Part shown: positions 1 through 11,870 of the stretch, one piece after another
Numbering within the stretch: the first letter of the stretch is position 1
How the letters are laid out: each line of letters starts with the position of its first letter
NCBI GenBank assembly: GCA_030324005.1
Contig: JARDVH010000031.1
Coordinates: 40,287,203-40,351,202 of the forward strand
DNA from: Negaprion brevirostris
Lineage: Eukaryota
Length of the DNA: 64,000 nucleotides
Reading direction: 5' to 3'
Notes under the pieces: generated by a model
Seen by the model: only the letters and a program-made list of their open reading frames with translations
What the model was told of the DNA's origin: nothing
Databases searched by the model: none
Made by a program: the position numbers and the translations under genes

Positions 1-39
1 TTCTATTAACCTTTGTTATTGTCCATTATGAGGAGAAAG

Positions 40-590
40 TACTGATGTTATGCTTCGGTTGTACAGGAAATTGGTGAGATGACATCTTGGAATATTGTGC
101 ATGATACAGTTCTCCTTATTTATGTAAATGTATTAGAAGCATTTCAGAGAAGGTTTTACTTGACTAATTCCAGGAATGGGTGGGTTGTCTTATGAGGAAA
201 GGTTGGAAAGGTTACACTTATATCTATCAGAGTTTAGAAGATTAAGAGGTGACTTGATTGAAACTTTTAGATCCTAAGGAGAATTGACAGTGTAAATGTG
301 GAGAGAATGTTTCTTCTTGGTGGAGAATCTGGGACGAGCGATCATCGTTTAAAAATAAGGGGTTGTTCATAAAAGATGAAGATGAGGAGAAATTCTGTCA
401 GAGTTGAAGATGAGTCATTAAATTTTTTAAAGCAGAGCTAGATAAATTCTTTATTAATAAGGGGATGAAAAGTTATTGTTAGACATGAATGTGCAATTGA
501 AGTTACAAGCAGATCAGTCATAATCTTATTGAGAGGCAGAGCAGGCTCAAGAGGCCGAGTGGCTGACTGCTTCTCCTAATTTTGTGTGTA
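40..590 (+). mobile_element. CR1-clade LINE, decayed 3' end (in MTX2 intron 1)
   Basis: Degenerate CR1 ORF2 C-terminal motifs (TCTTATGAGGAAAGGTTG = SYEERL; AGATTAAGAGGTGACTTGATTGAA = RLRGDLIE), followed by a CR1-type tail GGCCGAGTGGCTGACTGCTTCTCCTAATTTT. Boundaries approximate. Confidence 0.8.
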
Positions 591-2042
591 CGCTGATTAA
601 AACCTTCCCAAATAGCAAAAGCAAATCTCCCTATAAGGGTATCATTCCTGGACCTGTTAAGGTATAACCCGAGCATCTTGTGGAGGTCNNNNNNNNNNNN
701 NNNNNNNNNNNNNNNNNNNNNNNNNNNNNNNNNNNNNNNNNNNNNNNNNNNNNNNNNNNNNNNNNNNNNNNNNNNNNNNNNNNNNNNNNNNNNNNNNNNN
801 NNNNNNNNNNNNNNNNNNNNNNNNNNNNNNNNNNNNNNNNNNNNNNNNNNNNNNNNNNNNNNNNNNNNNNNNNNNNNNNNNNNNNNNNNNNNNNNNNNNN
901 NNNNNNNNNNNNNNNNNNNNNNNNNNNNNNNNNNNNNNNNNNNNNNNNNNNNNNNNNNNNNNNNNNNNNNNNNNNNNNNNNNNNNNNNNNNNNNNNNNNN
1001 NNNNNNNNNNNNNNNNNNNNNNNNNNNNNNNNNNNNNNNNNNNNNNNNNNNNNNNNNNNNNNNNNNNNNNNNNNNNNNNNNNNNNNNNNNNNNNNNNNNN
1101 NNNNNNNNNNNNCCTGTGCAGCTGACCCACCTGTGATGCCATGGACTTTGCTATGGCTGCACTCCCCTGAGGAACCATCACCCTCACCAGTATCGAGAAA
1201 TGGAAAACCGAATAGCAAGCAAGATAGACATGGGACTTCAACACTACCTGCCTGGTTCTCTTAGACTTCCTTAGAAGGACCCATTCTCCTTCTGTCATCA
1301 CATTTATCAGAAAACCTCCTCTGGTAACACAATTCAAGTAATATTTAGCCACAATGGTTACTGCTGGTCAGTTACAGGAAAGGATTCAGTGAGACAACCT
1401 ACTTTATTGCAGGGATCGGTTTTTTACTGTTTAGCTTTTGCCACAATTAATTTGTGTGAAAAATAGCAAATAAATTTGACAGCTCATCCTCAACACAATA
1501 ACCATGGCAAAAAGTCAGCAGACGCAGTTTCAAATCTAGATCAACAATTGAACTTTCAGTGCCTTTTCTTCAAAAATAACTTAGATTGCAACTACAATTT
1601 CAAGTATTAAAATGTGATTTTAAAGCGCTTCCTATTAATTCTGGTGAAAGGCATCAATCCACTGCAGATTTTTGTTCCATAATTCTACATCTTCATTGAT
1701 ACGTTAATATTTCAATTTGTTCCAATGCTGTTGCATGTTGATAACGTAAGATTAGCTATTTGTGCACATAAAGAAAGCAGCAACCCGAAAAGCATCTGCT
1801 GCACAGAAAATTCAGAAATTTGAGGAGCTGGTAATGTATTTCTGATCATTTACAGCAAATTTTGTATTGAAACAATAATGAATTTTAATCTAGCAATGCT
1901 TGATTAAAGTATGCGAAACATGTGACTTGAGTTGAAAGGGGAGCCTCTACGCTCACGTTAAAATCGTTCTGCAAGAATGCATGATGTTACTACAATGCAA
2001 GTTAAGTCACGTAACTACAACCTAACTATTTTGTACTGCCTG

Positions 2043-2290
2043 GATAAAAGCAAATTACTGCGGATGCTGTAATCTGAAACCAAAAGAGAAAATGCTGGAA
2101 AACCTCAGCAGGTCTGACAGCATCTGTAAAGTGGAGAAAGAGCTAATGTTTCGAATCCAGATGATGCTTTGTCAAAGCTTTGAGCTTTCTGTCATCTGAC
2201 TCATCTGGACTCGAAATGTCAGCTCTTTTCTCCCTTTACAGATGCTGCCAGACCTGCTGAGATTTTCCAGCATTTTCTCTTTTGGTTTGT
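2043..2290. repeat. Fold-back (long inverted repeat) interspersed element, probably Penelope-derived
   Basis: Arm AAACCAAAAGAGAAAATGCTGGAAAACCTCAGCAGGTCTGACAGCATCTGTAAAG (~2077 on) is the near reverse complement of CTTTACAGATGCTGCCAGACCTGCTGAGATTTTCCAGCATTTTCTCTTTTGGTTT (ending ~2288). Related copies at ~3365-3497 and ~14203-14349. Confidence 0.75.
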
Positions 2291-2833
2291 TTTCTATTTT
2301 GTATTGATTGAGTGATCACTTTGGGGAAGTAGTCTCACATTTGTTTTATCTTCAAATTGGCTGCAGTCGAAGTTGAAACAATGCAGTATTTATATTTCAA
2401 CATTAAAATGCAAAATTACAAGTAATCTAGGTAGCTTGTTCAATCATCTTCAAATTCTTAATTCGAAAAGCAACCTCGTGTTCGGCAATCCTCAAACAAC
2501 AGAATTGTCACAGGCAGTTGGATGCTGATGACCAAAGTTCTGTGCACATATGGGCAAAGTTCTGTTTTCGTTGAGCAGCACATGCTCATGGTAGGGTAGC
2601 ATAGGGTATGCAACCCAAAGCTAGTGTGTCGAAAAATAAATGCAATGAGTGCCCCAAATTAAGTTGTGATAAACTCAGACATTTCCTCGGGAGGCCGCAC
2701 TGAGAATCCCCCTGCGTAACCCTGGGTCACCGGCTGCCTCCCAGCCAACACTTGTTACTTCCTCCATCAGAGCCCAAACTAACCCGGTTATCCACTGACT
2801 TGGCACAACATGAAGCAGCATTGGAGTCATTAC

Positions 2834-2873
2834 CTGCCATCTGGCAGACAAACACGTCTGTTGCTATTGACAT
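2834..2873 (-). CDS. MTX2: Metaxin-2, first coding exon (rest of gene lies left of the window)
   Basis: GCC-ATG start, translation MSIATDVFVCQMA + G, then donor CAG|GTAATG. This is a 40-nt phase-1 exon resembling the vertebrate MTX2 N-terminus (MSLVAEAFVSQIAA). It sits under a CpG-rich promoter, downstream of and on the same strand as HoxD1, matching known HOXD-MTX2 synteny. Confidence 0.85.
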
Positions 2874-2879
2874 GGCTGA

Positions 2880-3060
2880 CAGGCGCTGCTCTCGGGCTCT
2901 GGGGGTAGAAGCTGCAGAGTCCCCCCCGAGACAATGTCAGGCCGGCGCCCGCTCACTTCCGGCGACGCCTCGCGTCACTTCCTGTACCGGCCAGGCACTG
3001 CCGCGCACGCGCGGTTTCTGCCGCTGGGGGACGGCAGGAAGGGTTTTCCACTCCATCCGC
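2880..3060 (-). promoter_or_regulatory. CpG-rich housekeeping promoter of MTX2
   Basis: Local CpG/GC peak in AT-rich surroundings. ETS/GABP-type motifs ACTTCCGG (2955-2962) and ACTTCCTG (2977-2984) and an NRF1-like GCGCACGCGC (3003-3012) are typical of nuclear-encoded mitochondrial genes. Confidence 0.75.
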
Positions 3061-3364
3061 AGGATATGCTGTGTTCAAGCGTTTGTAGAAGAATTCTCGT
3101 CAGAAGTTAGAACAACAACTTGCACTTAAGGTTGGAAAGTGCCCTGATGAGCTTGAGAGCAGCATAATCCCGAAGCACATTAAGGTGAATGACTGAAAGC
3201 TTGATCAAAGTGATATGTTTTAAGGAGGAGCAGGAGAGGTTTAGGGAAGGAATCCCGGTACTTAGAACCAATGCTGCTGAAGGTGCAAACTACCAGTGAT
3301 GGAACTGGCATTTACATAGGCCTTTTCACAGCCTCCACGCAATGACTTCAACGAGGCACATGAG

Positions 3365-3497
3365 CTCTGACGGAGGGTCATCGAGACTTGAAACGTTGAC
3401 TGTATTCTCTCCACAGATGCTTTTAGACCTTCTGAGATTTTCCACATTTTCTGTTTTTGTTTCAGATTCCAGCATTTGGAGTATTTTGCCTTTATCT
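3365..3497 (+). repeat. Single arm of the fold-back/Penelope-like element
   Basis: CTGACGGAGGGTCATCGAGACTTGAAACGTTGACTG...CACAGATGCT...GAGATTTTCCACATTTTCTGTTTTTGTTTCAGATTCCAGCA is similar to the right arm at 2200-2290. Confidence 0.65.
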
Positions 3498-3609
3498 TAC
3501 ATGAAGTTGGCCTATTAAAGTATGAACTCACTGATCGAGGTCATAATTGTCTGCCCAAACAGGGAGTCTCACTTGTATATAAAAATGGGTGTGTCAGGTC
3601 TTCTGGTAC

Positions 3610-3835
3610 TTTTTGATTTATTGTTGTTACATGTAAGAGCACACAATGAAAAGTATTGTTTCTTGTGTGTTTATATAGTTTCATAGAGAAGCAAACGAGA
3701 GTGCAGAATATAGTGTTACAGTCATAGGGTGTAGACAAAGATCCACTTAATACAAGGTGGGTCCATTCAAAAATCTTGATGGCAGCAGTGAAGAAGTTGT
3801 TCTTGAGTCGGTTGGTACATGATCTCAGACTCTGG
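3610..3835 (-). mobile_element. LINE 3' end, Rex1/Babar-like
   Basis: Minus-strand translation TNRLKNNFFTAAIKIFE resembles the RLKNSFFPxAIRLLN C-terminal motif of this clade. It ends in an ACATGTAACAACAATAAATCAAA tail. Confidence 0.6.
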
Positions 3836-4704
3836 ATTCTGACTGTGTACTTGAAACACACCTCACTCCAGGAGTGGAATAGAGTTTGTAAATAAAGGGA
3901 ATCTGGTGAAAGGACATTGGCCTCTGAGGAATTATTTCACACATTTTACAAGCAGCAAAATACTTCTGAATTGTAGTCCCTGGTGTAAGGTAGGAGATAC
4001 AGCAATGGCCACTTATAGTCATCTTAAGATAATAGGACACCCAAAGCATGTTAGTGAACACCATAGAAGATATTAGGTTTGATGGCCAGAAGATTCGTTG
4101 AAGGGAAGCTTTGGGGCATCTTGGGCAAAAGTGAAGTAGAGAGTTGTAGGGCAGGTTTACAGAGCTTAGGGCTGAGGCAACTGAAGACATGGCCACCAGC
4201 AGTGGAGCAATTAAAATTTGGGATGTTCATAATGTAGATTAACACTGGCATCTCCATATCAGAGACTAACAATAACAGACAGAAGCCACATTCCTTTAAT
4301 CACTTTATTAATTAAGTTTAAGAAATAATTAACAATAATAACCACTGACAACTAATAAATTTGATGAAATATAGCATAAACAACGAATAACTATATCAAC
4401 ACCTGAAAGCCAATGTGCAACATAGCATAAGGTGACTAGTGTTTATGCTTTTGTCCATTCATGGTCACATCTGAAGTGTTTTATACCCCAAGAGCTTAGT
4501 ACATATCTGAATTCTTCTGAAAAAACGATGCAGATCAGAAACACTGCTTTCACGTTATGCACTTCCAGTCTGTTCCTCTTGTTTCTGCAGTCAGTGGTCA
4601 CCATGGAGAAAACTCTTTCTTTATGAGCATCAAACATGGTATGGTGAATATATAGGAGCTGATTTTCTTCATGTTTGTGAACAGCTGCTCCTTCCAAGTC
4701 TTGG

Positions 4705-5537
4705 TACACTCAGTTGGTGAGATGGCAGACGGAATATAATGTTGATAAATGTGAAGTTAGGCCCTTTGAAAGGAAGAATATGGGAGCTGAATATTATTAG
4801 GAGATGTTGAGTAGGTTGGGGCTGAAATGAAAACATTCGATTTCAGAAGGACAAGAGGTAATCTTATTGAGACATATGGGATTCTCAGAAGGCTTGACTG
4901 GGTAGATGCTAAGAGGTGGTAGCAAAGCATTTATCATTTTAGGCTTCATGAATAGAAGCATTGAGTACAAAAGCATGACAGTTATGCAGGACCTCTGTAA
5001 AGCTCTTGTTAAGGTTCTAATTAGTGTATTGCATCCAGTCTGGACCCCACAATTTAAGAAGGATGTGAAGGTCATTCAGTCAGTGTAGAAGAGTTTTGGA
5101 AGAATGGTTCCAGATATTCAGGTGTTGATTAGGTAAGAGAAGTTGGGGTTGCTCTCCTTAAAAACAAAGGAGATTAAAGGGAGATTTGTTAAGAGTGTGC
5201 AAAATCAGATTTTCAAAAGATAGGCGAAGAAAAGCTGTTCCCATTAGCTGATGATACAAGAACTAGGTGACAGATTTAAGGTTTTAGGCAAGAGGTGCAG
5301 GCAGGGCATGAGGAAGAGTTTTTTCACACAGAATATAGTAATGACTTAGAACTCGCTGCCTATGAGAGTGGTAGAAGCGGAACAATGATTTCAAAAGAAT
5401 ATTGGATAAGTATTTAGAGGAAATAAATCTGCAGGCTGAAAGGACCAAGAGAGAGTGGGATTGGCTGGATTACTTTGCAGACAGTCAGCATGTATTTAAT
5501 AGGCTGAATAACCTTATTCTGTGCCTTACATGACTAT
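4705..5537 (+). mobile_element. CR1-clade LINE ORF2/3' end fragments
   Basis: WQTEYNVDKCEV at ~4722 and LGFMNRSIEYKSMTVMQDLCKALVK...VWTPQFKKDVK at 4906-5088 match CR1 ORF2. CR1-type tail near 5500-5537; frameshifted. Confidence 0.85.
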
Positions 5538-5540
5538 AAC

Positions 5541-5660
5541 TTAATCTTCTACAAGGATGTCCTGTTGTACCTTGTTAAAGGCTTCCTGAAAGTCTATGTA
5601 CACTTCATCCACTGCATTTACTCCCTTCACCTTCTCAAAGAACTGTGTTGGGTTCAACAA
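5541..5660 (-). mobile_element. CR1 reverse transcriptase fragment
   Basis: AVDEVYIDFQEAFNKV is a decayed VDVVYMDFQKAFDKV RT motif. Confidence 0.75.
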
Positions 5661-7443
5661 ACATATAAACTTAGGAAAGCATAGAACAGGAAACGACCAG
5701 CTGGTACATCCAACATGTCCCATATAGTTAGTATGTCTTTTGCATCTTGTAAAGAGGCTTCTTAGCCTGGAGGTACCATGTAGTCTCTTGACCGAGGTGG
5801 AGAACTAGAACTAAAGCCAATTAAAGGAGAAAAATTCTGGAAAATCCTCTCCCAATCTCTCTAGACAATAAAAACATGAAATCTGTGTTGGCTCCCTCTA
5901 ATTATTTTCTCTTCAACTAGATACTTAGTCATTTCATGTATAATTAAATATTCTAAATTCTTCCTTGCCACAGGTGTTAAACTAATTGGCTTGTAAATGT
6001 GCAAATTAGCTTTGTATCTCTTTTAAAAATAAGTATTATACTAGCTATTCTCCTGTTCTCTTGCATACATCCATATATGATATAACTCCAAGATATAATT
6101 TCTAGAATCTCTGCATTTTTGTCTCAGATTCCATCGCCCTCAGATTCCTTGAACTTCTTTGCCATCCTTAAACTTAACTGATTTCTTCAATGCTTTTCTG
6201 TTATTTATTAAACATTTCTTCTTTTGTTTAACAAGTTTGGATTTACTTTCACACTGTCTTTCTGTTTTATTTACAATAATTAGATTTAGCAATGTCTTTT
6301 TGCTTATTCAAGCAAAAGGTTTGAGAAAAGAAACTTGCATATATTTTAAGAATTACATTTGTCCTTATCTATTTACTCCCTTCCTGTCTCAGTCAATAAT
6401 TAATCACTTCCGTGACATCTACTTCAACTTCTGCCTCTCCCCATCATACCATTTTCAGCTTGAGACTGAAGTATCCAGAATGTTATTTTTTTAAGCTAGT
6501 CTCCATAAATTGCACTATATTCAGGAAACCCCTGTCTGCACCTTCGTGCATTCCAAGTCCCACTGTAAAACACGTTTTAAGACTTCCGATAATCTGATTT
6601 GGAAAATATTAAATGCAAATAAATGTTAAAACAAAATTTAACTGTCTCTGCAAAATAAAATGACAATTTACGCAAGGTCACATTTGTTCTCTTCGGTTTT
6701 ATATGCTATTATTTAAGTACTAAAGACTAAAAATATCTGAGAATAGAGAACTTTCATAGGTTATAATGTTTAAANNNNNNNNNNNNNNNNNNNNNNNNNN
6801 NNNNNNNNNNNNNNNNNNNNNNNNNNNNNNNNNNNNNNNNNNNNNNNNNNNNNNNNNNNNNNNNNNNNNNNNNNNNNNNNNNNNNNNNNNNNNNNNNNNN
6901 NNNNNNNNNNNNNNNNNNNNNNNNNNNNNNNNNNNNNNNNNNNNNNNNNNNNNNNNNNNNNNNNNNNNNNNNNNNNNNNNNNNNNNNNNNNNNNNNNNNN
7001 NNNNNNNNNNNNNNNNNNNNNNNNNNNNNNNNNNNNNNNNNNNNNNNNNNNNNNNNNNNNNNNNNNNNNNNNNNNNNNNNNNNNNNNNNNNNNNNNNNNN
7101 NNNNNNNNNNNNNNNNNNNNNNNNNNNNNNNNNNNNNNNNNNNNNNNNNNNNNNNNNNNNNNNNNNNNNNNNNNNNNNNNNNNNNNNNNNNNNNNNNNNN
7201 NNNNNNNNNNNNNNNNNNNNNNNNNNNNNNNNNNNNNNNNNNNNNNNNNNNNNNNNNNNNNNTTATAATGTTTAAATTTCCTATGTGGCATCACATTACT
7301 TGGATAATATATCTTTGTATCTGCTTGTCAGTGTAACATATATTAAGTTTAAAATTACTCATTAATAGTATATGGTGCAGATTTTGAATAATTGTTTGAG
7401 TATAAACATGCTGGCCATAAATTGAGCAATTAAAAATTAGTGA

Positions 7444-7678
7444 CAGAATCCCTTCAGTGCAGAAGGAGGCCGTTCAGCCCATCGAGTCTGCACCAACCAC
7501 AATCCCACCCAGGCTCTATCCCCATGCATTTAGCCTAGTTGGTACCCCTGATGCTAAGGAGCAATTTAGCATAGCCAGTCAACCTAACCTGCACATCTTT
7601 GGAGTGTGGAAGGACACTGGAGCACCTGGAGGAAACCCAAGAGACATGGGGAGAATATGCAAAGTCCACACAAACAGT
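7444..7678 (-). mobile_element. 5'-truncated shark HE1-like SINE
   Basis: Contains GGGGAGAATATGCAAAGTCCACACAAACAGT and CAATTTAGCATAGCCAGTCAACCTAACCTGCACATCTTTGGA body motifs. Has the same tail as the copies at 10939-11275 and 37485-37602. Confidence 0.8.
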
Positions 7679-8039
7679 AATGGATGAGATAGCTGCAATA
7701 AGAGGCTAAATTAATTTAGGGTAACCTTATAATGTATTATATAAAAAGTTAAAGAGGTTATCAGTTTATTTTTCAGTACTCCAGAAGCAAGTTGTGATTG
7801 TTTTAATGTTATTGGCTCGATGTCCACATGTTCCTGTTTAATCATGTGGCTCAATCAGATCCATAGAAACAACAATCCAATGCATTTGTAAATACAACTA
7901 TCAACTTTTTTTTGCACATCTTTCATAATTTGCTGTAATAAGCAATTTCATGAACAATAATATGTCAATTATATTCAAGATTAAGAACTGTTTTAACAGA
8001 GTTAGTGGGGAAAAAACCATCAGCAATGGCAAAGTAGTT

Positions 8040-8356
8040 CACAGCCAATGAATTGAATAAAGTATAGTCACTGTTACTGTGCTGGGGCATACAGGGCAGT
8101 CAGATTGATGACATGAAGGTCCCATAAATGAGCTTAATGCCTGATCTATCAGTATTTAGTGGAGTTAACTGAAAGATTACAGGTGATAAGGACGCGTGCA
8201 GAACTTCAATGTTCATCTTCAAACATCGTTATTAGTATATTTTTCATGCACCTGAAGAGAGAAGGCAAAGTATTAATATATCAGTCAAAAAATAGTACTA
8301 TTGACAATGTGACACTGCCTCAGTGCTACAAAGAAGTGCTGGTCCAGATTATGTGA
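8040..8356 (-). mobile_element. Old DeuSINE (SacSINE1-like) remnant
   Basis: ACAGCCAATGAA...TAGTCACTGTT...CACCTGAAGAGAG...TGACAATGTGACACTGCCTCAGTGCTAC...CCAGATTATGTG follows the Deu-domain SINE layout; heavily diverged. Confidence 0.5.
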
Positions 8357-9149
8357 TTTAGTGTGAATAAATGGTTAAAGTGGAGTTTCATAGGAACTTA
8401 GAAACAGGAGTAGGCCATTCTCATGCGGTATAAGAGATTTTAAAAATCTTTTTCAAGGCTCAGAAATAATGATAATTAAACCTCGCATTTATATAAGTGT
8501 GCTCAACATAGTAACATCTCCCAAGGCACTCATGGGATTGTTATTAAACAAAGTTTGACACCAAACCACATAAAAAAAGGTCAAGGGGATAAATAATTTG
8601 GCTAATGACTTGCAGGTAATTTCAGATTCTGGTTCTCAGACTGGCTGAGAATTAATGCTTCTGATGGATCTACGGAGTCCTGTGGTAATAAAGGAGCAGC
8701 TTCACATGGGGCCACCCAGTCTAATTTTAATGGGGGAGGCGATTGTGATACAATAGAAAGTTGATAGAGGCCACTGAGTTTTGATTTCATTTTTTGTCCA
8801 ATATGAAACATGGAGACAAGCAGTGTGGAAACACCATGTGGCAAAATTGTACAGCCCTCTCATGGCAGGAGTGAGCCATTCAAAAGTTTACTGATTTCCA
8901 AAGGACCATAAAATTCCACCACCATAAAATTCCACCCATAATCTTTAGGTTTTAGCCCATCCTTAAACAGATGTGTGAATTCCACAAATTGTTGTGAGGG
9001 ACTGTCACTTGTGTCCATATTTAATTAGGTAGTTGTCTGAGATTTTATACTGTTTGTAGACAAAATGCCAAAAGTATCATAATTTGCAGCAGCCATCTTA
9101 ACAGGTTGTGTCCAATTTTTGGAAGTGTTGACTGAAAGTTCATATTATG

Positions 9150-9480
9150 ACATGCCTTTACTGGGCATGACATGGGAGTATTATCAGCAAATGTTATATA
9201 GGTGGACCATACTGTTGTATGGTTGGAACCCATCCAGTGGTCAAATATGACACCAAGGTTGTGAATAGTCTGTTTGAACTTTAGATAGTGGAGTAGGATG
9301 GTTAGGCAATGGATTTTGAGGGAGGAAAGACAATGGCTGCACAACCTGAGACTTGACTAATCTAGGCTGGCATTTGTCTAATCCAGTAAACCAGAATGAG
9401 CCTGAGCAGAAAGCGATGAGTCCAAATGGAGAAAGGAAATCTAATATACGGGTAAAAGCTGAGGTGGTTTTCAAAATGGA
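9150..9480 (-). mobile_element. L2-clade LINE ORF2 fragment
   Basis: Minus-strand KQTIHNLGVIFD resembles the L2 VRNLGVIFD motif; degenerate. Confidence 0.6.
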
Positions 9481-10589
9481 CCAAACAAATAGTTGTTAAA
9501 GAATGTAACAATGAGCTGCAAGAGAGAAAAAAAGATCAACAGATGGAAATGGACAATAATATGGTATCATCTAGTTGAAAATGGAAAATTTGTACATGAG
9601 AACATAATTTGCTTAAGAACATGGATGACTTGCAAATAAATCAAAGAAGTGGGAAAGAATACCAGATTACTAAATAAGGAAGTGTTTTCATTTCAGTCAG
9701 AGTGACCCAAATAGATTGTCAATATCCTGAATTATGCTGGAAATCATCATTTATCTATTTACACCAAGGAAAGAATAATGGAAATACCATGATGAACAGC
9801 ACAATTGGGTCACTTCAGACATGCCACTTCTCATATACTGTCCACTATTTAACCAAAAGCTGCAGTTAAACTGGAATTAGAAACCGTGGCTGGAGCTAAA
9901 TATCTCTGATGAAATAAACATGTGAAACTTGCAACAGAATCTCAGTTTGAGAGCAAATGCAATTCCAATAAGCCAGATATCTGCGCATAGTTCAGATAAT
10001 TCCATTTGTAGAACTTAATTATTGTGCTTTGTGTAAGGAAACTCAGATCCTTCTGAATTATAAGATTTCAAGGTCTTAATCACAGTTGCAAAGGATTAAG
10101 TTACAAAAGTTACGGAGAAAATATTGCTGACAAGGCAGACAAGGTAATCTATGCAATGGCAAAGGATTCCTGGAGTTTGTATCAAAAAGAAGATTTACAG
10201 AAATGTGATGTTAAAATATTGTAATAGGAATATTAGGAGTTTTCTACTAGGAAACAAAAAGTGGTGCCACATAATGTATAGTTGTAAATGAAATAGTAAC
10301 CAAAAAAGACACTATTTGCGAAAAAAGGGTGATATCACATAGACTCTCGAAGAAACAACCATCTCAGCAAAATCAGCAGGAGCTCTTCATAATGACTGGA
10401 TATAATCTTAACAAAAGCAAAGGCACACTGTGAATGCAATATGCAACTGGAAAATCCAATCCATTCTTTAAATTTTGAGTGACAAAAAAGTAACTAAACT
10501 GTGAAGACCGTGACTTGTAACAGAATAACTGTATAAAAATAAACTTTCATTGAAACATACAACCTTTGACATGGCTAACCACATTATCC

Positions 10590-11403
10590 TGATCCATTGC
10601 CTCTCCACCATCTTGCAGCTGGGTAGGACGGCTTTCACCATTCTTACCTACCTAATTATAGCCAGTGTATCACTTCCTTTGATTAGCCTTTTCACCACTT
10701 CTGATGTCCCCCTAAAATCTATCTATGAACAGTGAGGTTCATGTTGCACTATCTGTAACCCCCATGACTTGCCTGAGTTTGCAAAATCTCACTAACTGCC
10801 CTGTCTGCAGGCAATACACATCTCTTTAACCTGTAATTAACGCTCTCTCCACTCACACTGTCTGTACCTTTGAGATTTGATTACCTGTAAAGACTCGTAT
10901 TCCAGCCATTATTTTGTAAATTGGGTTTGTGTCTTTATATCATAGAACCCTACAGTGCAGAAAGAGGCCCTTCAGCCCATCAAGTCTGCACCAAACACAA
11001 TCCCACCCACGCCCTACTCCCAGATCCCTACATTATTATACCCACTAATCCCTCTAACNNNNNNNNNNNNNNNNNNNNNNNNNNNNNNNNNNNNNNNNNN
11101 NNNNNNNNNNNNNNNNNNNNNNNNNNNNNNNNNNNNNNNNNNNNNNNNNNNNNNNNNNNNNNNNNNNNNNNNNNNNNNNNNNNNNNNNNNNNGACAGTGA
11201 CCCAAGCCAGGAATCAAACCCAGGACCCTGGAGCTGTGAAGCAGCAGTGCTAACCACTGTGCTACCATGTCGCCCAAGTGCCCTATTTGTGAATAGAACT
11301 CCCACCCATCTGATGAAGGAGCAGCAAGTGCTCCGAAAGATAGTAGATTTTGCTCCCAAATAAATCTATTAAACTTTAATCTGGCATTGTGAGACTTTTT
11401 ACT
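10590..11403 (+). mobile_element. Penelope-like element 3'/terminal-repeat fragment, interrupted by a SINE
   Basis: Sequence ...TTTGTGTCTTTATAT (10940) resumes as GCCCTATTTGTGAATAGAACTCCCACCCATCTGATGAAGGAGCAGCAAGTGCTCCGAAAG...AAATAAATC. This is a hammerhead-core plus AATAAA terminal motif typical of Penelope-like elements. Confidence 0.65.
10939..11275 (-). mobile_element. Full-length tRNA-derived SINE (HE1-like), centre in N gap
   Basis: Head GGGCGACATGGTAGCACAGTGGTTAGCACTGCTGCTTCACAGCTCCAGGGTCCTGGGTTTGATTCC has Pol III A- and B-box-like motifs. LINE-derived tail GGGCTGAAGGGCCTCTTTCTGCACTGTAGGGTTCTATGAT. Confidence 0.85.
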
Positions 11404-11719
11404 AAAATGACTGGAGCTCTACATTTCTACATTTGCAATTCCTTCCAGCTGGGAGTAGCCAACATTAGCAACAACTCACAATTCATCATAGATGACTGCA
11501 TCAGAGACCTTGTGGTGAAGAAGAGAGGACTTCATCATCTTCTCATTGTCCAGGGAGAAGCAAGAAAACAGAGAAAATGGATTTGTCAGAGTAATGGTTC
11601 AGGGTGGAATCAATTACATACACATGGCTGTTTAGGCCCCATATGTTAATGGATTGAAGAATTGCAAAAACTGGGGCTACCATTCCAATAATGTCCAGTT
11701 GGTTTGTGAGCAAGCCTGA

Positions 11720-11870
11720 GTCTTTCCATTTCATTGACTCCTGTTTTGCTAGAGTTCCATGATGCCACACTTGGTCAAGTACTTCCTTGGTGTCACAAGC
11801 AGTCTCCCTCACCTGCCTCTGGAGTTCAGCTGTTTTGTCCATGTTTGACCCATGGCTGTAATGAGGTGGT
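11720..11870 (-). mobile_element. Non-LTR retrotransposon RT fragment
   Basis: QVRETACDTKEVLDQVWHHGTLAKQESM is a decayed form of the EVRVxALDIKxAFDRVWHxGxLAKL RT motif. Confidence 0.65.

Noticed and set aside
631-1352. Long ORFs in the track spanning N runs (also 6766-7294, 10921-11359, 28381-28644, 40385-40684, 54452-54856)
   Set aside because: Open only because Ns contain no stop codons; no coding signal.
2752-3129. 125-aa plus-strand ORF over the MTX2 promoter
   Set aside because: GC-rich promoter DNA depleted of stop codons, with no recognisable domain; the real exon is on the minus strand.
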